Shown: positions 40,989 through 51,701, counted from the first letter of the stretch. The stretch: 64,000 nt of DNA from an uncultured Gammaproteobacteria bacterium (GCA_963824045.1 CAWGNW010000012.1:1415-65414); one strand, 5' to 3'. Made by a program: numbers and translations. The notes: generated from the sequence alone by a model not told the origin.

Positions 40989-42041
40989 TCAAGGCATTAC
41001 TGGTCCGCAACGCGACGGGCGTGATCTGTCGCCTGCCGGGACAAGTTCCCGCAGCAACGCCGCCAGACGCGGCGTATAGCCGGCCGATTCCAGGACTGCT
41101 TCACGGGCCGCGTGGCCGAGCTGCCGGCGTTCGTCGGCATGCGCCAGGTAGTGCAGGATACTTTCGGCAAACTCGGGCAGGGAACGGCAGAAGATGGTGT
41201 GCCTGCCGTGTGCGGTTGTCGTGAGTGCGGGCTGCCGGTCACAGACCTGGAAACCGCCTGCAGCCGGAATTTCCCAGTATTTCATGTTGCCGCCGTCAGC
41301 GCTGCCGGCATGGTGCAGGTTGAGGGAGATTTTCGAGCAGGCATGCACCAGCTGACTCTCGTGCAATGACAATGGGCCGCGCCCCCGCACACCGGGGCAG
41401 TGGCGCCAGCCGCGTCCCCAGACCGCAACCGGCAACGCCAGCCGGCTGTTCAGATAACGCAACAGTTCGCAACGTTCCGCGTAGCAGGTCCCGACGAAGG
41501 CAACTTCGGCGCCAAAGCGGCGGCGCTCTCGCGCGGTCGGGGTATCGACGCTGTGGAACGCCGGGGAGACCCCGAAGGGGAAATACAGCACCTGGTCCCC
41601 GTATAACTTTTCCAGCTGCGCATGGCTGCCGGCATAGGAGACCAGGATGCGGTCGGCGAAACCGGCCGCGTCCCGGATGCGGGCAAGGGCCGCTTCACTG
41701 AGGATGTCGCCCCACCAGTAGATCACCCGCAGGCCGGGCGAGTTTTGCCGCAGCTGCTCCACGGTTGCGGCATCGACCTTGCCCTGGATGCTGAGGAGCA
41801 CATCCAGTGGGGTGCGGCCTGTGCGTTCCAGCAGGCGTTGCCGGAAACGCCGTGCCCAGGCTGCGCCACGGTCCTCACCGTGAAGCCAGGTGCGACCGGC
41901 AAGGAACAGGCGGTCGCCGGGGAGCCTGGCGTTGTGATGCAGGTACTCGACCCGATGGCCGAGCTGCTGCAGGGATGCGGCAATGATCTCGGTCCACATG
42001 CCGGCCCAGCGAGGACCCTCGATAAAGATGTCCATCCGCAA
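40989..42041 (-). CDS. CgeB-like glycosyltransferase (GT-B)
   Basis: VAFVGT..ER..VWGRGW..SKISLNLH..NMKYWEIPAAGGFQV. Confidence 0.8.
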   Translation of the reverse strand: MRMDIFIEGPRWAGMWTEIIAASLQQLGHRVEYLHHNARLPGDRLFLAGRTWLHGEDRGAAWARRFRQRLLERTGRTPLDVLLSIQGKVDAATVEQLRQNSPGLRVIYWWGDILSEAALARIRDAAGFADRILVSYAGSHAQLEKLYGDQVLYFPFGVSPAFHSVDTPTARERRRFGAEVAFVGTCYAERCELLRYLNSRLALPVAVWGRGWRHCPGVRGRGPLSLHESQLVHACSKISLNLHHAGSADGGNMKYWEIPAAGGFQVCDRQPALTTTAHGRHTIFCRSLPEFAESILHYLAHADERRQLGHAAREAVLESAGYTPRLAALLRELVPAGDRSRPSRCGPVMP

Positions 42042-42054
42042 GCCGGTTCCGCGC

Positions 42055-42822
42055 TTACTGCGGTATCCAGACCGGTCCCAGCGGTCCCTGCAACGGCAGC
42101 AGCGGGTGCCGGTAGAGACGCTCCAGGTTGGGCCGGGTCAGGACGTCGGCGGCACAGCCCTGTGCCGTCTCACCGTCACCGAACAGCAGCAGGAAGCGGT
42201 TGCAATAGCGCGCAGCGAGGTTGAGGTCGTGCATGACCAGCAGCAGGGCCCGGTCGTCGTCCGCGGCGAGGTCGCCAAGCAGTTGCAGTGTCCGGATCTG
42301 GTGGTGGATATCCAGATGGTTGGTCGGTTCATCCAGCAACAGGAGTTGCGGGTCCTGGGTCAGCAGGGTCGCGATGCCCAATCGGCGGCGCTCGCCACCC
42401 GAGAGGGTGGTGACGAGGCGTTGTTCGATCCCGGCCAGCCCGACGGCCTGCAGGGCTGAGCGGGCCTTTGCCCGGTCGGCATCGCTTTCCCATTGCAGCG
42501 GCCCCAGCCAGGGATGCCGTCCGCTGAGCACGGTGTCGAGCGCGTTCGCCGGAAAGACGTCTGTCTGTTCCTGGAACAGGATGCCGATCAGTTGCGCGAC
42601 CTGCCGGCGCGGCAATGCAGGCAATGCCTGTTGTTGCAGTGCTATGTGTCCTGACTGCGGGGGGCGCAGTCCCGCCAGGGTCAGCAGCAACGTGGTCTTC
42701 CCGGCGCCATTGCACCCCAGGATGCACCAGCGATCGCCGGTATTGATTTCCAGATTGAGGTCGCGACATACCGTGGTGCTGCCAATCACCACCTCCAGCG
42801 CGCGTGTTTCCAGCAGCGCCAT
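42055..42822 (-). CDS. ABC transporter ATP-binding protein (BtuD/FecE-like)
   Basis: GCNGAGKT, LSGGERRR, LLLDEPTNHLD, MHDLNLA. Confidence 0.93.
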   Translation of the reverse strand: MALLETRALEVVIGSTTVCRDLNLEINTGDRWCILGCNGAGKTTLLLTLAGLRPPQSGHIALQQQALPALPRRQVAQLIGILFQEQTDVFPANALDTVLSGRHPWLGPLQWESDADRAKARSALQAVGLAGIEQRLVTTLSGGERRRLGIATLLTQDPQLLLLDEPTNHLDIHHQIRTLQLLGDLAADDDRALLLVMHDLNLAARYCNRFLLLFGDGETAQGCAADVLTRPNLERLYRHPLLPLQGPLGPVWIPQ

Positions 42823-42825
42823 GGC

Positions 42826-43821
42826 CTACTGGCTGTCCCGGCCATGCAGGGTGCGGCCGTGATGCAGCAGCAACAGGAACAGGGGGACGCCGATCATGGC
42901 CGTGAGAATTCCCACCGGCAGCTGCCGCGGTGCCAGCAGGGTGCGGGCCAGGGTGTCGGCGCAAACCAGCAGGCTGCCACCCAGCAGGACCGAGGCCGGT
43001 AACAGCAGGCGGTGATCGCGGATTCCCAGCAGGCGCAGCATGTGCGGCACAATCAGTCCGACGAAGCCGATGCTGCCGGCAAGCGTGACGGCGGTCGCGG
43101 TCAACAGCGATGCCAGCAGGTAGACGAGGCGGCGCAGCGGCTGGACCGCTATCCCCAGTGCACCGGCAGTCAGGTCACCATGAATGAGGATGTTGAGCGA
43201 GCGTCCCATGGCGGTGGCTGCCAGCAGCCCGCCAAGCAGGATCATGAAGCCGGTTGTCGGGAGACTTGCATAGGACAGGTCGCCCATCAGCCAGAACAGC
43301 ATGTTGCGCAGGCCCTGTTCCGGGCTGAGCGCCAGCATGAAACCGATGACGGCGCCCCAGCCGGCCGCGATGACCACACCGGTCAGCAGCAGCCGGCTGG
43401 TGGTCCAGCTGCCGCTGCCGTGTGACAGTCCAAAGACCAGTAGCATGGAAAGCAGCGCCCCGCAGAAGGCGGCGCCCTGCAGCCAGAACCCGCCCAGTCC
43501 GAACAGCAGTGCCAGCAGGGCGCCGCTGGCTGCCCCGCCCGAGACGCCCAGCACATAGGGGTCTGCCAGCGGGTTGCGCAACAGTACCTGCATCAATGCA
43601 CCGGCCAGCGCCAGCAGTCCGCCGGTGGTAAAGGCCGCGGCACTGCGTGGCCAGCGCAGTTCCAGGATCACCCGTGCCGTGATGGCATCGGCGTCCCCGC
43701 GGTACAACGCCAGCAGGTCATTCCAGCCGGTGCTGACGGTGCCGCTGGTCAGGCTCAGCATCATGCTTAGCAGTGTCAGCAGCAACAGGACTGTCAGCAG
43801 CATTCGCGCTCGCCCGGTCAT
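42826..43821 (-). CDS. FecCD/BtuC-family ABC permease
   Basis: LRNPLADPYVLGVSGGA, GSIGFVGLIVPH, LPVGILTA. Confidence 0.93.
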   Translation of the reverse strand: MTGRARMLLTVLLLLTLLSMMLSLTSGTVSTGWNDLLALYRGDADAITARVILELRWPRSAAAFTTGGLLALAGALMQVLLRNPLADPYVLGVSGGAASGALLALLFGLGGFWLQGAAFCGALLSMLLVFGLSHGSGSWTTSRLLLTGVVIAAGWGAVIGFMLALSPEQGLRNMLFWLMGDLSYASLPTTGFMILLGGLLAATAMGRSLNILIHGDLTAGALGIAVQPLRRLVYLLASLLTATAVTLAGSIGFVGLIVPHMLRLLGIRDHRLLLPASVLLGGSLLVCADTLARTLLAPRQLPVGILTAMIGVPLFLLLLHHGRTLHGRDSQ

Positions 43822-43903
43822 CGGTGGTGCTGGTGGGCGAGCGAGTGGCGTGCCGTTATGGACTGCGGCCAGGCGAATGCTGCGCGTCCCGGGGTAAACC
43901 GTG

Positions 43904-44557
43904 TCATCGCAGGCTGATGACCGGCCAGGCGTGCCTGTCGGCGTGTTGCCTGAGAATTTCATCCGGATCCACAGCTACCGGCCGGTCCACTCTGCCCAGC
44001 AGGGGCAGGTCATTATGCGAGTCGCTGTAGAACCAGCTGTCCCCCAGTGTCTCACCGTGTTCTGCCAGCCAGCCCTGCAGCCACGTCACCTTGCCCTCCT
44101 GGAAGCAGGGGACGCCGGCAATCCTCCCGGTGTAGCGGTCGTTGCAGATTTCCGGTTCGGTGGCCAGCAGGTGATCGATGCCGTAGAGCGCGGCGATCGG
44201 TGCGGTGATGAAGCGGTTGGTGGCGGTAATCATGACCAGGGTATCACCCTGCTGCCGGTGCCCGTCGAGCAGGTCGTGCGCCCTGGGCAGCAGGATGGGG
44301 GTGATCTTTTCCTCGATATACTGCCGGCGCCAGTGCTGCAGGACGTCCATGTCGTGCGCGGCCAGGGGCCGGAGCTGGAAGTCGAGGAATTCATGGATGT
44401 CCAGTTCCCCGCGCTTGTACTGGTCATAGAAACGCCGGTTTTCCCGTTCGTAGGTTACCCCGTCGACAATTCCCTGTTCGACCAGGAAACAGCCCCACAG
44501 ATAGTCGCTGTCCCCGGCGATGAGGGTATTGTCGAGATCGAATAATGCTATGCCCAC
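43904..44557 (-). CDS. HAD-IB family hydrolase
   Basis: FDLDNTL, ITAT, YSDSHNDLPLL; divergent from rppH. Confidence 0.9.
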   Translation of the reverse strand: MGIALFDLDNTLIAGDSDYLWGCFLVEQGIVDGVTYERENRRFYDQYKRGELDIHEFLDFQLRPLAAHDMDVLQHWRRQYIEEKITPILLPRAHDLLDGHRQQGDTLVMITATNRFITAPIAALYGIDHLLATEPEICNDRYTGRIAGVPCFQEGKVTWLQGWLAEHGETLGDSWFYSDSHNDLPLLGRVDRPVAVDPDEILRQHADRHAWPVISLR

Positions 44558-44703
44558 GGTCCTGCATCCATCACGGTTGAACCGCCGCAAAGCATACACG
44601 AAACCGTCCCGCAAACAGCGCATGGCACGGCATTGGTGTTTGCTACCGCTTACCGCCTATGGGAGAATGATCGCCAGGCGGGTATGCGGCCGGGGTATTG
44701 CAA

Positions 44704-45231
44704 GTGATTGATCCGGATGGATTTAGGCCAAATGTAGGCATCATTCTTTCGAATGCGGAAGGACGTCTGCTTTGGGCTCGTCGTGTGGGGCAGGATGCCT
44801 GGCAGTTTCCGCAGGGCGGCATGCGTTCCGACGAGACTCCAGCCGAGGCAATGTACCGCGAACTGGCCGAGGAAATCGGCCTGCGGCCCGAGCAGGTCGA
44901 AGTCATCGGTGCGACGCGGGGCTGGTTGCGCTACCGGCTGCCGCGCCAGTTCATCCGCCGCACCAGCAAACCCCTGTGCATCGGCCAGAAACAGGTGTGG
45001 TTCCTGCTGCGCATGTTGTGTTCTGACAAGGCGGTCTGCCTGAACCATTCCGAGAGGCCGGAATTCGATCACTGGCGCTGGGTGGAATACTGGCAGCCGC
45101 TGGAGGAGGTCGTGGCATTCAAGCGCCGGGTCTACCGCAAGGCGTTGCATGAACTGGCCCCCCTGTTGTTCCCTGATGGTGTTCCGAAGCTGAAAAAAGA
45201 TCGTCTTCCCAGGCAGATCCAGACACAATAG
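44704..45231 (+). CDS. rppH: RNA pyrophosphohydrolase
   Basis: [15 protein letters not shown], Nudix box [12 protein letters not shown]. Confidence 0.96.
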   Translation: MIDPDGFRPNVGIILSNAEGRLLWARRVGQDAWQFPQGGMRSDETPAEAMYRELAEEIGLRPEQVEVIGATRGWLRYRLPRQFIRRTSKPLCIGQKQVWFLLRMLCSDKAVCLNHSERPEFDHWRWVEYWQPLEEVVAFKRRVYRKALHELAPLLFPDGVPKLKKDRLPRQIQTQ

Positions 45232-45296
45232 CAACATGCCCTCAAGACCGCAGGCCATGGAATGGATATCTCACTCGCGGTCACAGGCCCACCGTT

Positions 45297-47561
45297 ATGC
45301 TTGAAATCCTGCGGCGGATTGTCCAGGAAGTTAATTCGGCGCCCGACCTCGATCAGGCGTTGCAGATTATCGTGCAACGGGTGCGCGAGTCCGTCGGCGT
45401 CGATGTGGCGTCGGTTTACCTGAAGGATGCCGACCGTGGCCAGTATGTCCTGAGCGCCACGGAAGGATTGCGCAAGGATGCTGTCGGCAACGTGCGCTTC
45501 TACATGCATGAAGGCCTCGTCGGCATGGTCGGTGAACGCGAGGAGCCGGTGAATCTCGAGGATGCCTCGACCCATCCCCGCTACCGTTTTGCCAGCGAGA
45601 CCGGCGAGCAGCGGTTTCACGGATTCCTGGGCGTGCCCATTATCCAGCATGGCAAGGTTCTTGGCGTGCTGGTGATCAGGCAGAAGGAGTTGCGTCGCTT
45701 CGGGGACGAGGAAGAGGCTTTCCTGGTCACGCTGGCGGCGCAGCTTGCAGGTGCCATCACGCATGCCGGTGCCTCGGGACAGGTTGCAAACGCCCTGCTG
45801 ACCCCGGACTCTGTCACCACCGCTATCCAGGGGATTCCCGGCTCCCCGGGTGTTGCGATCGGGCAGGCGATGGTGGTCTACCCGCCGGCCAATCTTGAGG
45901 TGGTACCTGACCGGGTGGTCGCGGACACGGTGCGCGAGGAACAGACATTACTGGCGGCAGTCGCTGCGGTGCAGGATGATCTGCGGGACTACGCCAGACG
46001 CTTGTCCGCGGTACTGCCGGCTGAGGAACTCGCGCTGTTCGATGCCTGGCTGCTGATGCTCAGCGGCGACAGCCTGGTCGGCGAGACCGTCGAGCGCATT
46101 CGCGCAGGAAACTGGGCACAGGGCGCCCTGCGGGAAACCATCGGGCAGCACGTGCGTGTCTTCGAGGCCATGGAAGACAGTTACCTGCGCGAGCGGGCCA
46201 GCGATATTCGTGATCTCGGGCGCCGCATCCTGACGCACCTGCAAAGTGACCGGCCCAGCGCCGGGGTGGTTTATCCGCAAACCGTGCTGGTTGGAGAGGA
46301 TATCAGTGCCGGGCAACTGACCGGTGTCCCGCTGGAAAACCTTGCCGGTATCGTTTCCGCCAGCGGTTCCAGTTCATCCCACGTGGCAATCCTTGCCCAG
46401 GCCCTGGGTGTTCCGGCGGTCATGGGCGTGCGCGACATCCCGGTGGGCAGGCTGGAAGGTCGCATGATGATCGCCGACGGTTACCGCGGCAGCATCTACA
46501 TCAACCCCTCGGAGCTGGTGTGCAAGGAATTCCAGCTGCTGCAGTCGCAGGAGTCCGCACTGACCGAGAAGCTGCGCGAGATCTCGACGCAAGCTTCCGT
46601 GACACCGGACGGTGTTTCCATCCCGCTATATCTGAATATCGGTCTGGTCTCGGGCGTGGAAGCGGAAGTTCACAGCGAGGGTGACGGCGTAGGCCTGTAT
46701 CGCACGGAAATACCGTTCCTGATGCGGGAGAACTTCCCGGGTGAGGAAGAGCAGATGCGTATTTACCGCAAGGCGCTGGAAGCGTTTGCGCCACGCCCGG
46801 TCACGCTGCGCACCCTGGATGTGGGCGGTGACAAAATGCTGCCCTACTTTCCGGTGCATGAGGAGAACCCCTTTCTCGGCTGGCGCGGGATCCGTATCTC
46901 GCTGGATCATCCGGAGATATTTCTCACCCAGATGCGGGCCATGCTGCGCGCCAGCGTGGGGCTGAACAACCTGACCGTCATGTTGCCGATGATCTCCACG
47001 GTCACTGAACTGGATATCGCCCTGACCCTGATAAACCAGGCACAGGGTGAGTTGATCGAGGAGGGCGAGAAGGTACTGCGTCCCCCCATAGGCATCATGA
47101 TCGAGGTGCCCTCGGCGGTTTATCAGACCGCCGCGTTGGCCAAACGGGTGGATTTCTTTTCCATTGGCACCAATGACCTGACCCAGTACCTGCTGGCGGT
47201 GGACCGCAACAACTCCCGCGTTGCCAGCCTCTACCAATCGTTGCACCCGGCGGTGCTGTGTGCCATCGGGCAGGTGGTGCGGGAGGCGCATCGTCTGGGC
47301 AAGCCGGTCAGCGTCTGCGGGGAAATGGCCGGTGACCCGGCTGCGGCCCTGGCGCTGCTGGGGCTGGATGTTGACAGCCTGAGCATGAGTGTCAGTAATA
47401 TCGCCCGGGTGAAGTGGGTGATTCGCAGCTTCTCACGCTCGGAGGCCCGGGACCTCCTGGAACAGGCATTGCAACTGGAGGAACCGCGCGCCATCCGGGA
47501 GATGTACAACAACGTACTGGAGCAGGGCGGGCTGGGTGGTCTGGTCAGGGCGGGTAACTAA
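45297..47561 (+). CDS. ptsP: PTS(Ntr) enzyme I
   Basis: N-terminal GAF, SHVAIL, GLYRTE, EENPFLGWRGIR, SIGTNDL; follows rppH. Confidence 0.96.
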   Translation: MLEILRRIVQEVNSAPDLDQALQIIVQRVRESVGVDVASVYLKDADRGQYVLSATEGLRKDAVGNVRFYMHEGLVGMVGEREEPVNLEDASTHPRYRFASETGEQRFHGFLGVPIIQHGKVLGVLVIRQKELRRFGDEEEAFLVTLAAQLAGAITHAGASGQVANALLTPDSVTTAIQGIPGSPGVAIGQAMVVYPPANLEVVPDRVVADTVREEQTLLAAVAAVQDDLRDYARRLSAVLPAEELALFDAWLLMLSGDSLVGETVERIRAGNWAQGALRETIGQHVRVFEAMEDSYLRERASDIRDLGRRILTHLQSDRPSAGVVYPQTVLVGEDISAGQLTGVPLENLAGIVSASGSSSSHVAILAQALGVPAVMGVRDIPVGRLEGRMMIADGYRGSIYINPSELVCKEFQLLQSQESALTEKLREISTQASVTPDGVSIPLYLNIGLVSGVEAEVHSEGDGVGLYRTEIPFLMRENFPGEEEQMRIYRKALEAFAPRPVTLRTLDVGGDKMLPYFPVHEENPFLGWRGIRISLDHPEIFLTQMRAMLRASVGLNNLTVMLPMISTVTELDIALTLINQAQGELIEEGEKVLRPPIGIMIEVPSAVYQTAALAKRVDFFSIGTNDLTQYLLAVDRNNSRVASLYQSLHPAVLCAIGQVVREAHRLGKPVSVCGEMAGDPAAALALLGLDVDSLSMSVSNIARVKWVIRSFSRSEARDLLEQALQLEEPRAIREMYNNVLEQGGLGGLVRAGN

Positions 47562-47623
47562 GTATTCTTTCAAATTGAAAAACGGGCTCTGACAAGTCAG
47601 GCTGGATGCCGGTATTTCTGAAT

Positions 47624-47704
47624 AGCCGCGGAATCCGCGGAAGCTCACGGAAAAGTTATCAATGAAGTTATTTCTTTCTGTGTTATTCCGTGGAGTCCGT
47701 GGCT
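47624..47704. repeat. Palindromic element with (C/A)CGGAA / TTCCGTG arms
   Basis: AGCCGCGGAATCCGCGGAAGCTCACGGAAA ... TTTCTGTGTTATTCCGTGGAGTCCGTGGCT. Confidence 0.65.
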
Positions 47705-47902
47705 GGCCATAATATTCGTCTGCATCGGGCTGGAAAAGCGCTGGACGGGTATGCACGCCAGCCTTCATCACGGCGAACTCAAGCAAATCACCTGAATTTG
47801 CGTTTGTAGACACGGGCTATCGCCATCGGCTGATTGCCCAGAGCGCCTGTCTGCTCTGGACTAATTCAGATTATGCTTATATTATTAAATGGAGAGACAG
47901 TT

Positions 47903-48937
47903 ATGTTCAGGAAGGCGAGTGGATTTCTTGCTTTAATTCTTGGTGTTGTGGCGTTTCCCGCTGTCGCCGTCGAATGGCAGGCACTGCCGGATGTGGCGCC
48001 GGCACCCGCGGACAACCCGACGACCCCGGAGAAGGTCGAACTGGGCCGCATGCTCTACCTGGACCCGCGTTTTTCCTCGACCGGGACAGTTTCCTGCAAC
48101 TCCTGTCACAACGTGATGCTGGGTGGTGACGACAACCGCCCCGTATCCATGGGCGTACATGGCAAGACCGGTGGACGCAGTTCCCCTACCGTGTGGAATT
48201 CCGCATTCAATTCCTCGCAGTTCTGGGACGGTCGTGCGGCGAGCCTGGAAGACCAGGCCAAGGGCCCGGTAGTAAATCCCATCGAAATGGGCATGGGCGA
48301 GCTTGAAGAAGCCATGGATCGGGTGCGTGACATCCCGGGTTATCGCCCTTACTTCGAGGCGGCTTTCGGTACGGACAATCCGCTGACGGTCGACAACGCT
48401 GCCAAGGCCGTTGCCGCCTATGAGCGTACCCTGATTACCCCCGGCAGTGCCTATGACCGCTATGTCAAGGGTGACAAGAAGGCCCTGACGGAGCAGCAGG
48501 TGCGCGGCATGGATACCTTTGCCAGCGTGGGCTGTGTTGCCTGCCATTCAGGTGCGGCATTCAGCGGACCTGCGCTGAGCCCCGGCAGCGGCTTCTTCAT
48601 GAAGTTCCCGACCTTCACCGACAACGATTATGTGAAGCAATATGACTTCACCGCGGACGAGGGACGCATGGCCGTTACCACCAACGTGGCGGACAGGCAC
48701 ATGTGGAAAGTGCCGACGCTGCGGAATATCGCCCTGACAGCACCCTATTTCCACAACGGTTCCGTGAAGACGCTGGATGAAGCCGTGCGAATCATGGCCA
48801 GGGTGCAGCTGAACCAGGACCTGTCCGGCGAGCAGACCGCGGATATCGTGTCATTCCTGACAGCACTGACCGGTGAGTTCCCGCGGCAGACCATGCCGCA
48901 GCTGCCGCCGACGCCGGGACGTTCGATCGTCGACTGA
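47903..48937 (+). CDS. Di-haem cytochrome c peroxidase
   Basis: Signal peptide, CNSCH and CVACH, QFWDGRA, KVPTLRNIALTAPYFHNG. Confidence 0.93.
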   Translation: MFRKASGFLALILGVVAFPAVAVEWQALPDVAPAPADNPTTPEKVELGRMLYLDPRFSSTGTVSCNSCHNVMLGGDDNRPVSMGVHGKTGGRSSPTVWNSAFNSSQFWDGRAASLEDQAKGPVVNPIEMGMGELEEAMDRVRDIPGYRPYFEAAFGTDNPLTVDNAAKAVAAYERTLITPGSAYDRYVKGDKKALTEQQVRGMDTFASVGCVACHSGAAFSGPALSPGSGFFMKFPTFTDNDYVKQYDFTADEGRMAVTTNVADRHMWKVPTLRNIALTAPYFHNGSVKTLDEAVRIMARVQLNQDLSGEQTADIVSFLTALTGEFPRQTMPQLPPTPGRSIVD

Positions 48938-49032
48938 GAACGGGCAGAACTATCGCGCGGCTGAACCCGGCGCGCACGCCACAGTGGCTGCCAGGCCGGG
49001 GCCGCTGGCGTGCGCGTTTGTTTGCGCCGTTG

Positions 49033-49839
49033 CTAAGGCTGCGGCTTGCGGGCATTGATGTCGCGTGCGTGGGCGCGGGCGCTGGCACGACGCCGCCCCC
49101 ATAACCAGACGCCGCTGCCGGCCAGCAGCAGGAACAGCAGGGCGGCGGCATCGACCAGCCAGACACCGGCTTCACCAAGTATCCTGCCGCTGTGCAGATC
49201 GAGCAGGACGCGTTCCAGCGACAGGCCGGTGCCGCGCCAGGCGCTGCGCAAGGCCCGGGCCAGTTCCTCATCGGGGGGTGACTCTGCGGCCCAGGCTACT
49301 TTGCTTTCAGTGGCTGCCGTCCATTCGATGAAATTCTCGTCGGTCAGATAGTTGCCCTGTGCGGTTCTGATCACCAGTTTGCCGTCACCATCGGTGCCGA
49401 CTGCCTGGATACCCGCGGGCACACCCGCAGCAGGTCCCAGCTGTTCAATCAACTCCCCTGCGCTGGTAAACAACAGCAGACCGCTGTCAAGGCCTGCGAC
49501 GATCAGCCCCGCATATTCCACCGCGCCCGCAAGCGTCCCCTCTGCAGTTCGCACGAGTTGCAGGTCCCGGTAGATGTGCTTGCCCAGTTGCGAGACTGCA
49601 TGCGATCCGGCACGATAACTGATGACCGTATCCGGTGCATGAATTCCGTACCAGTCGAGCAGGGCATCCGACTGGACGTGCCTGGCGTCCAGTTGCAGCG
49701 CTTCGGTGTGGTTGAGGGCAAGACCGGTGACGCTCAGGATGACCACGAACAGTGCCACAGTCAGGCCGAAATAACGGTGCCAGATATACAGCGAACGCAG
49801 CAGCCTGAGGCGGGGTTTAGTCCCTGGGTGGCGGGTCAT
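49033..49839 (-). CDS. PepSY-associated TM helix protein
   Basis: WHRYFG..SVTGLALNH and LLDLHSGR with terminal TMs. Confidence 0.85.
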   Translation of the reverse strand: MTRHPGTKPRLRLLRSLYIWHRYFGLTVALFVVILSVTGLALNHTEALQLDARHVQSDALLDWYGIHAPDTVISYRAGSHAVSQLGKHIYRDLQLVRTAEGTLAGAVEYAGLIVAGLDSGLLLFTSAGELIEQLGPAAGVPAGIQAVGTDGDGKLVIRTAQGNYLTDENFIEWTAATESKVAWAAESPPDEELARALRSAWRGTGLSLERVLLDLHSGRILGEAGVWLVDAAALLFLLLAGSGVWLWGRRRASARAHARDINARKPQP

Positions 49840-50350
49840 TGGCTGCCTGTGTTTGTTGAGTCAGATACAGGGCGAGGCGCGCCAGTTTCTTCAGCGCACG
49901 CACCGACAGGGTGGCACCCGAGATGCCGTCAATGTGCCGGTCCAGCTGCCGGTCCGCAGTCAGCCCGATCCCGTCGAACTGGTCGGTGAAGAAGGGATAG
50001 CGCACCTCCCAGCCGCGGCTTTCCCGGAAATCCAGCACCCGCAGCAACTCCATTCCCGCGGGGCCGACGACCAGCCCCACGGTTATGGGTTTTTCCTTGC
50101 CGATTTCCTCCAGTATCCAGGCTGTGCGACCGTCCTGTTCCCAGTAGCGAATGCGCAGGCCGGGATAGGGATGCCCGAGAATCGCGGCCGCTGATTCCCT
50201 GACGTCCCCGTTCAGCCACAGTACCTGTGGCGAAGGGGGCGTATTCGCAAACACTTCATGCAGGAAGGCATCCGTTGTCTGGTAGCTTTCGCCGGCGACT
50301 GTGCTGGCGGCAGCCAGCAGCGTCAGAAAAGTCAGGAGTCTGAAGTACAT
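49817..50350 (-). CDS. Exported FMN-binding domain protein
   Basis: Signal peptide; RESRGWEV; DGISGATLS flavinylation-type motif. Confidence 0.85.
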   Translation of the reverse strand: MYFRLLTFLTLLAAASTVAGESYQTTDAFLHEVFANTPPSPQVLWLNGDVRESAAAILGHPYPGLRIRYWEQDGRTAWILEEIGKEKPITVGLVVGPAGMELLRVLDFRESRGWEVRYPFFTDQFDGIGLTADRQLDRHIDGISGATLSVRALKKLARLALYLTQQTQAANDPPPRD

Positions 50351-50405
50351 TGCTGCCTAGCTTACCAGAATGGATCTGCATTTCCGGCAGGATACCGGGC
50401 GCCGC

Positions 50406-51644
50406 TCAGAACTGGTAGCCGATGCCCAGATCGAAGGCATCGAAATCGCTGTAACCGGGAGGGGAGGCCGTGCTCGCCATGTCATAGTCACGGCTGCGGT
50501 AGTCCACTTTCAGTACGACACCCTCGTCGGGCCAGAAGTTGGCACCGATTTCCCACTGGTTGAACTGGTCCTGATCGCGTGCCGCGTCGACATCTTCATA
50601 GCGGGTGTAGAATCCGAGCTTATCCCACGGCTTGTAGCTGGGTTCTATGTACCAGCCGCTCTGGGTTTCATCCCCCGCCGCCTCGACGGCCGAGCCATTG
50701 AAATCCCACTGCGCATACAGTGCGCGCAGGGCGAACGGGCCCTGCTGGTAAACCGCATGGGTTTCATACAGGATGCCCTCGTTCAGGCCGTCACCGCTGA
50801 TCTGCGAGGCATCCGTCTGGTAGTTGAGGCTGGCGGCAAGTTCCAGCCCGGAAATTCCGGTGTACTTGATGCGCCCGGTATAGGCAAGGTCGTTGGCATC
50901 CGCCTCGGAGCTTTCTTGCCGGCCGTCGCGAACCACGAAGGCGTCGCTGCCGGTGGTTTCCATCTTGAGGCCCTCGGTCACGGCCAGGTTCCAGCTGATG
51001 CCGTTGTCAAAATAACCGTTGATTCCGGCGCCGCCCGCCCACCACGATGTGGGGATGATAATGTTTTCAACATCGTTGCGTTCCACGCCATAAAACGTCG
51101 TCGGTTCATGGGTTTCGTTGATAATGCCGACGGGCAGCAGAAACACGCCGCCGCGCGCCTGCAGAGCGTCCTTCAGGTCAAACTCAACATAGGCCTCTTC
51201 CACTTCCACTTCTTCATTGTCATGCTCGATCTCGAATTCGGAGAAGAAACGAATGCTGTCGGTAAATTCATGGCCGACGTACAACACGAAGCGGTGCAAG
51301 TCGATTTCATCGTAGTCGTTGGCCGAGTCGTCGGCGTTGACATTGTTGTAGTGCAGTTCACCATAGCCACCGATGGTGGTTTTGTCGGCCCAGCTGCCGG
51401 CACTGGATGACCTCGTGGCAGATTCTTCCACGGCAACGACCGCAGCTTCCGCTTTTTCCCCTGCGTCGGTCGCTGTTTTTGCGGTGTCTGCCTGTTGCTT
51501 TTTCAGCGCATCGATTTCTGCCTGCTGTGCCTGGATAATCTGCCAGAGCTGTTCGATCGTCGGCGCGCCGGAAGCCTCCGGGAAGGCCGGTACGGCGTAC
51601 ACCAGAAGACCGGCCATAAAAAGTGGGAGGAATGGGTGATTCAT
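50406..51644 (-). CDS. Outer-membrane porin with N-terminal coiled coil
   Basis: Signal peptide, GGYGELHYN, FFSEFEIEH, NETHEPTTF, C-terminal GIGYQF. Confidence 0.85.
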   Translation of the reverse strand: MNHPFLPLFMAGLLVYAVPAFPEASGAPTIEQLWQIIQAQQAEIDALKKQQADTAKTATDAGEKAEAAVVAVEESATRSSSAGSWADKTTIGGYGELHYNNVNADDSANDYDEIDLHRFVLYVGHEFTDSIRFFSEFEIEHDNEEVEVEEAYVEFDLKDALQARGGVFLLPVGIINETHEPTTFYGVERNDVENIIIPTSWWAGGAGINGYFDNGISWNLAVTEGLKMETTGSDAFVVRDGRQESSEADANDLAYTGRIKYTGISGLELAASLNYQTDASQISGDGLNEGILYETHAVYQQGPFALRALYAQWDFNGSAVEAAGDETQSGWYIEPSYKPWDKLGFYTRYEDVDAARDQDQFNQWEIGANFWPDEGVVLKVDYRSRDYDMASTASPPGYSDFDAFDLGIGYQF

Positions 51645-51701
51645 CGGTGTCTCCGGGTGAGTGATTATTGACAGTCGAGTATTCTACGAATTATAAAGAC
51701 A

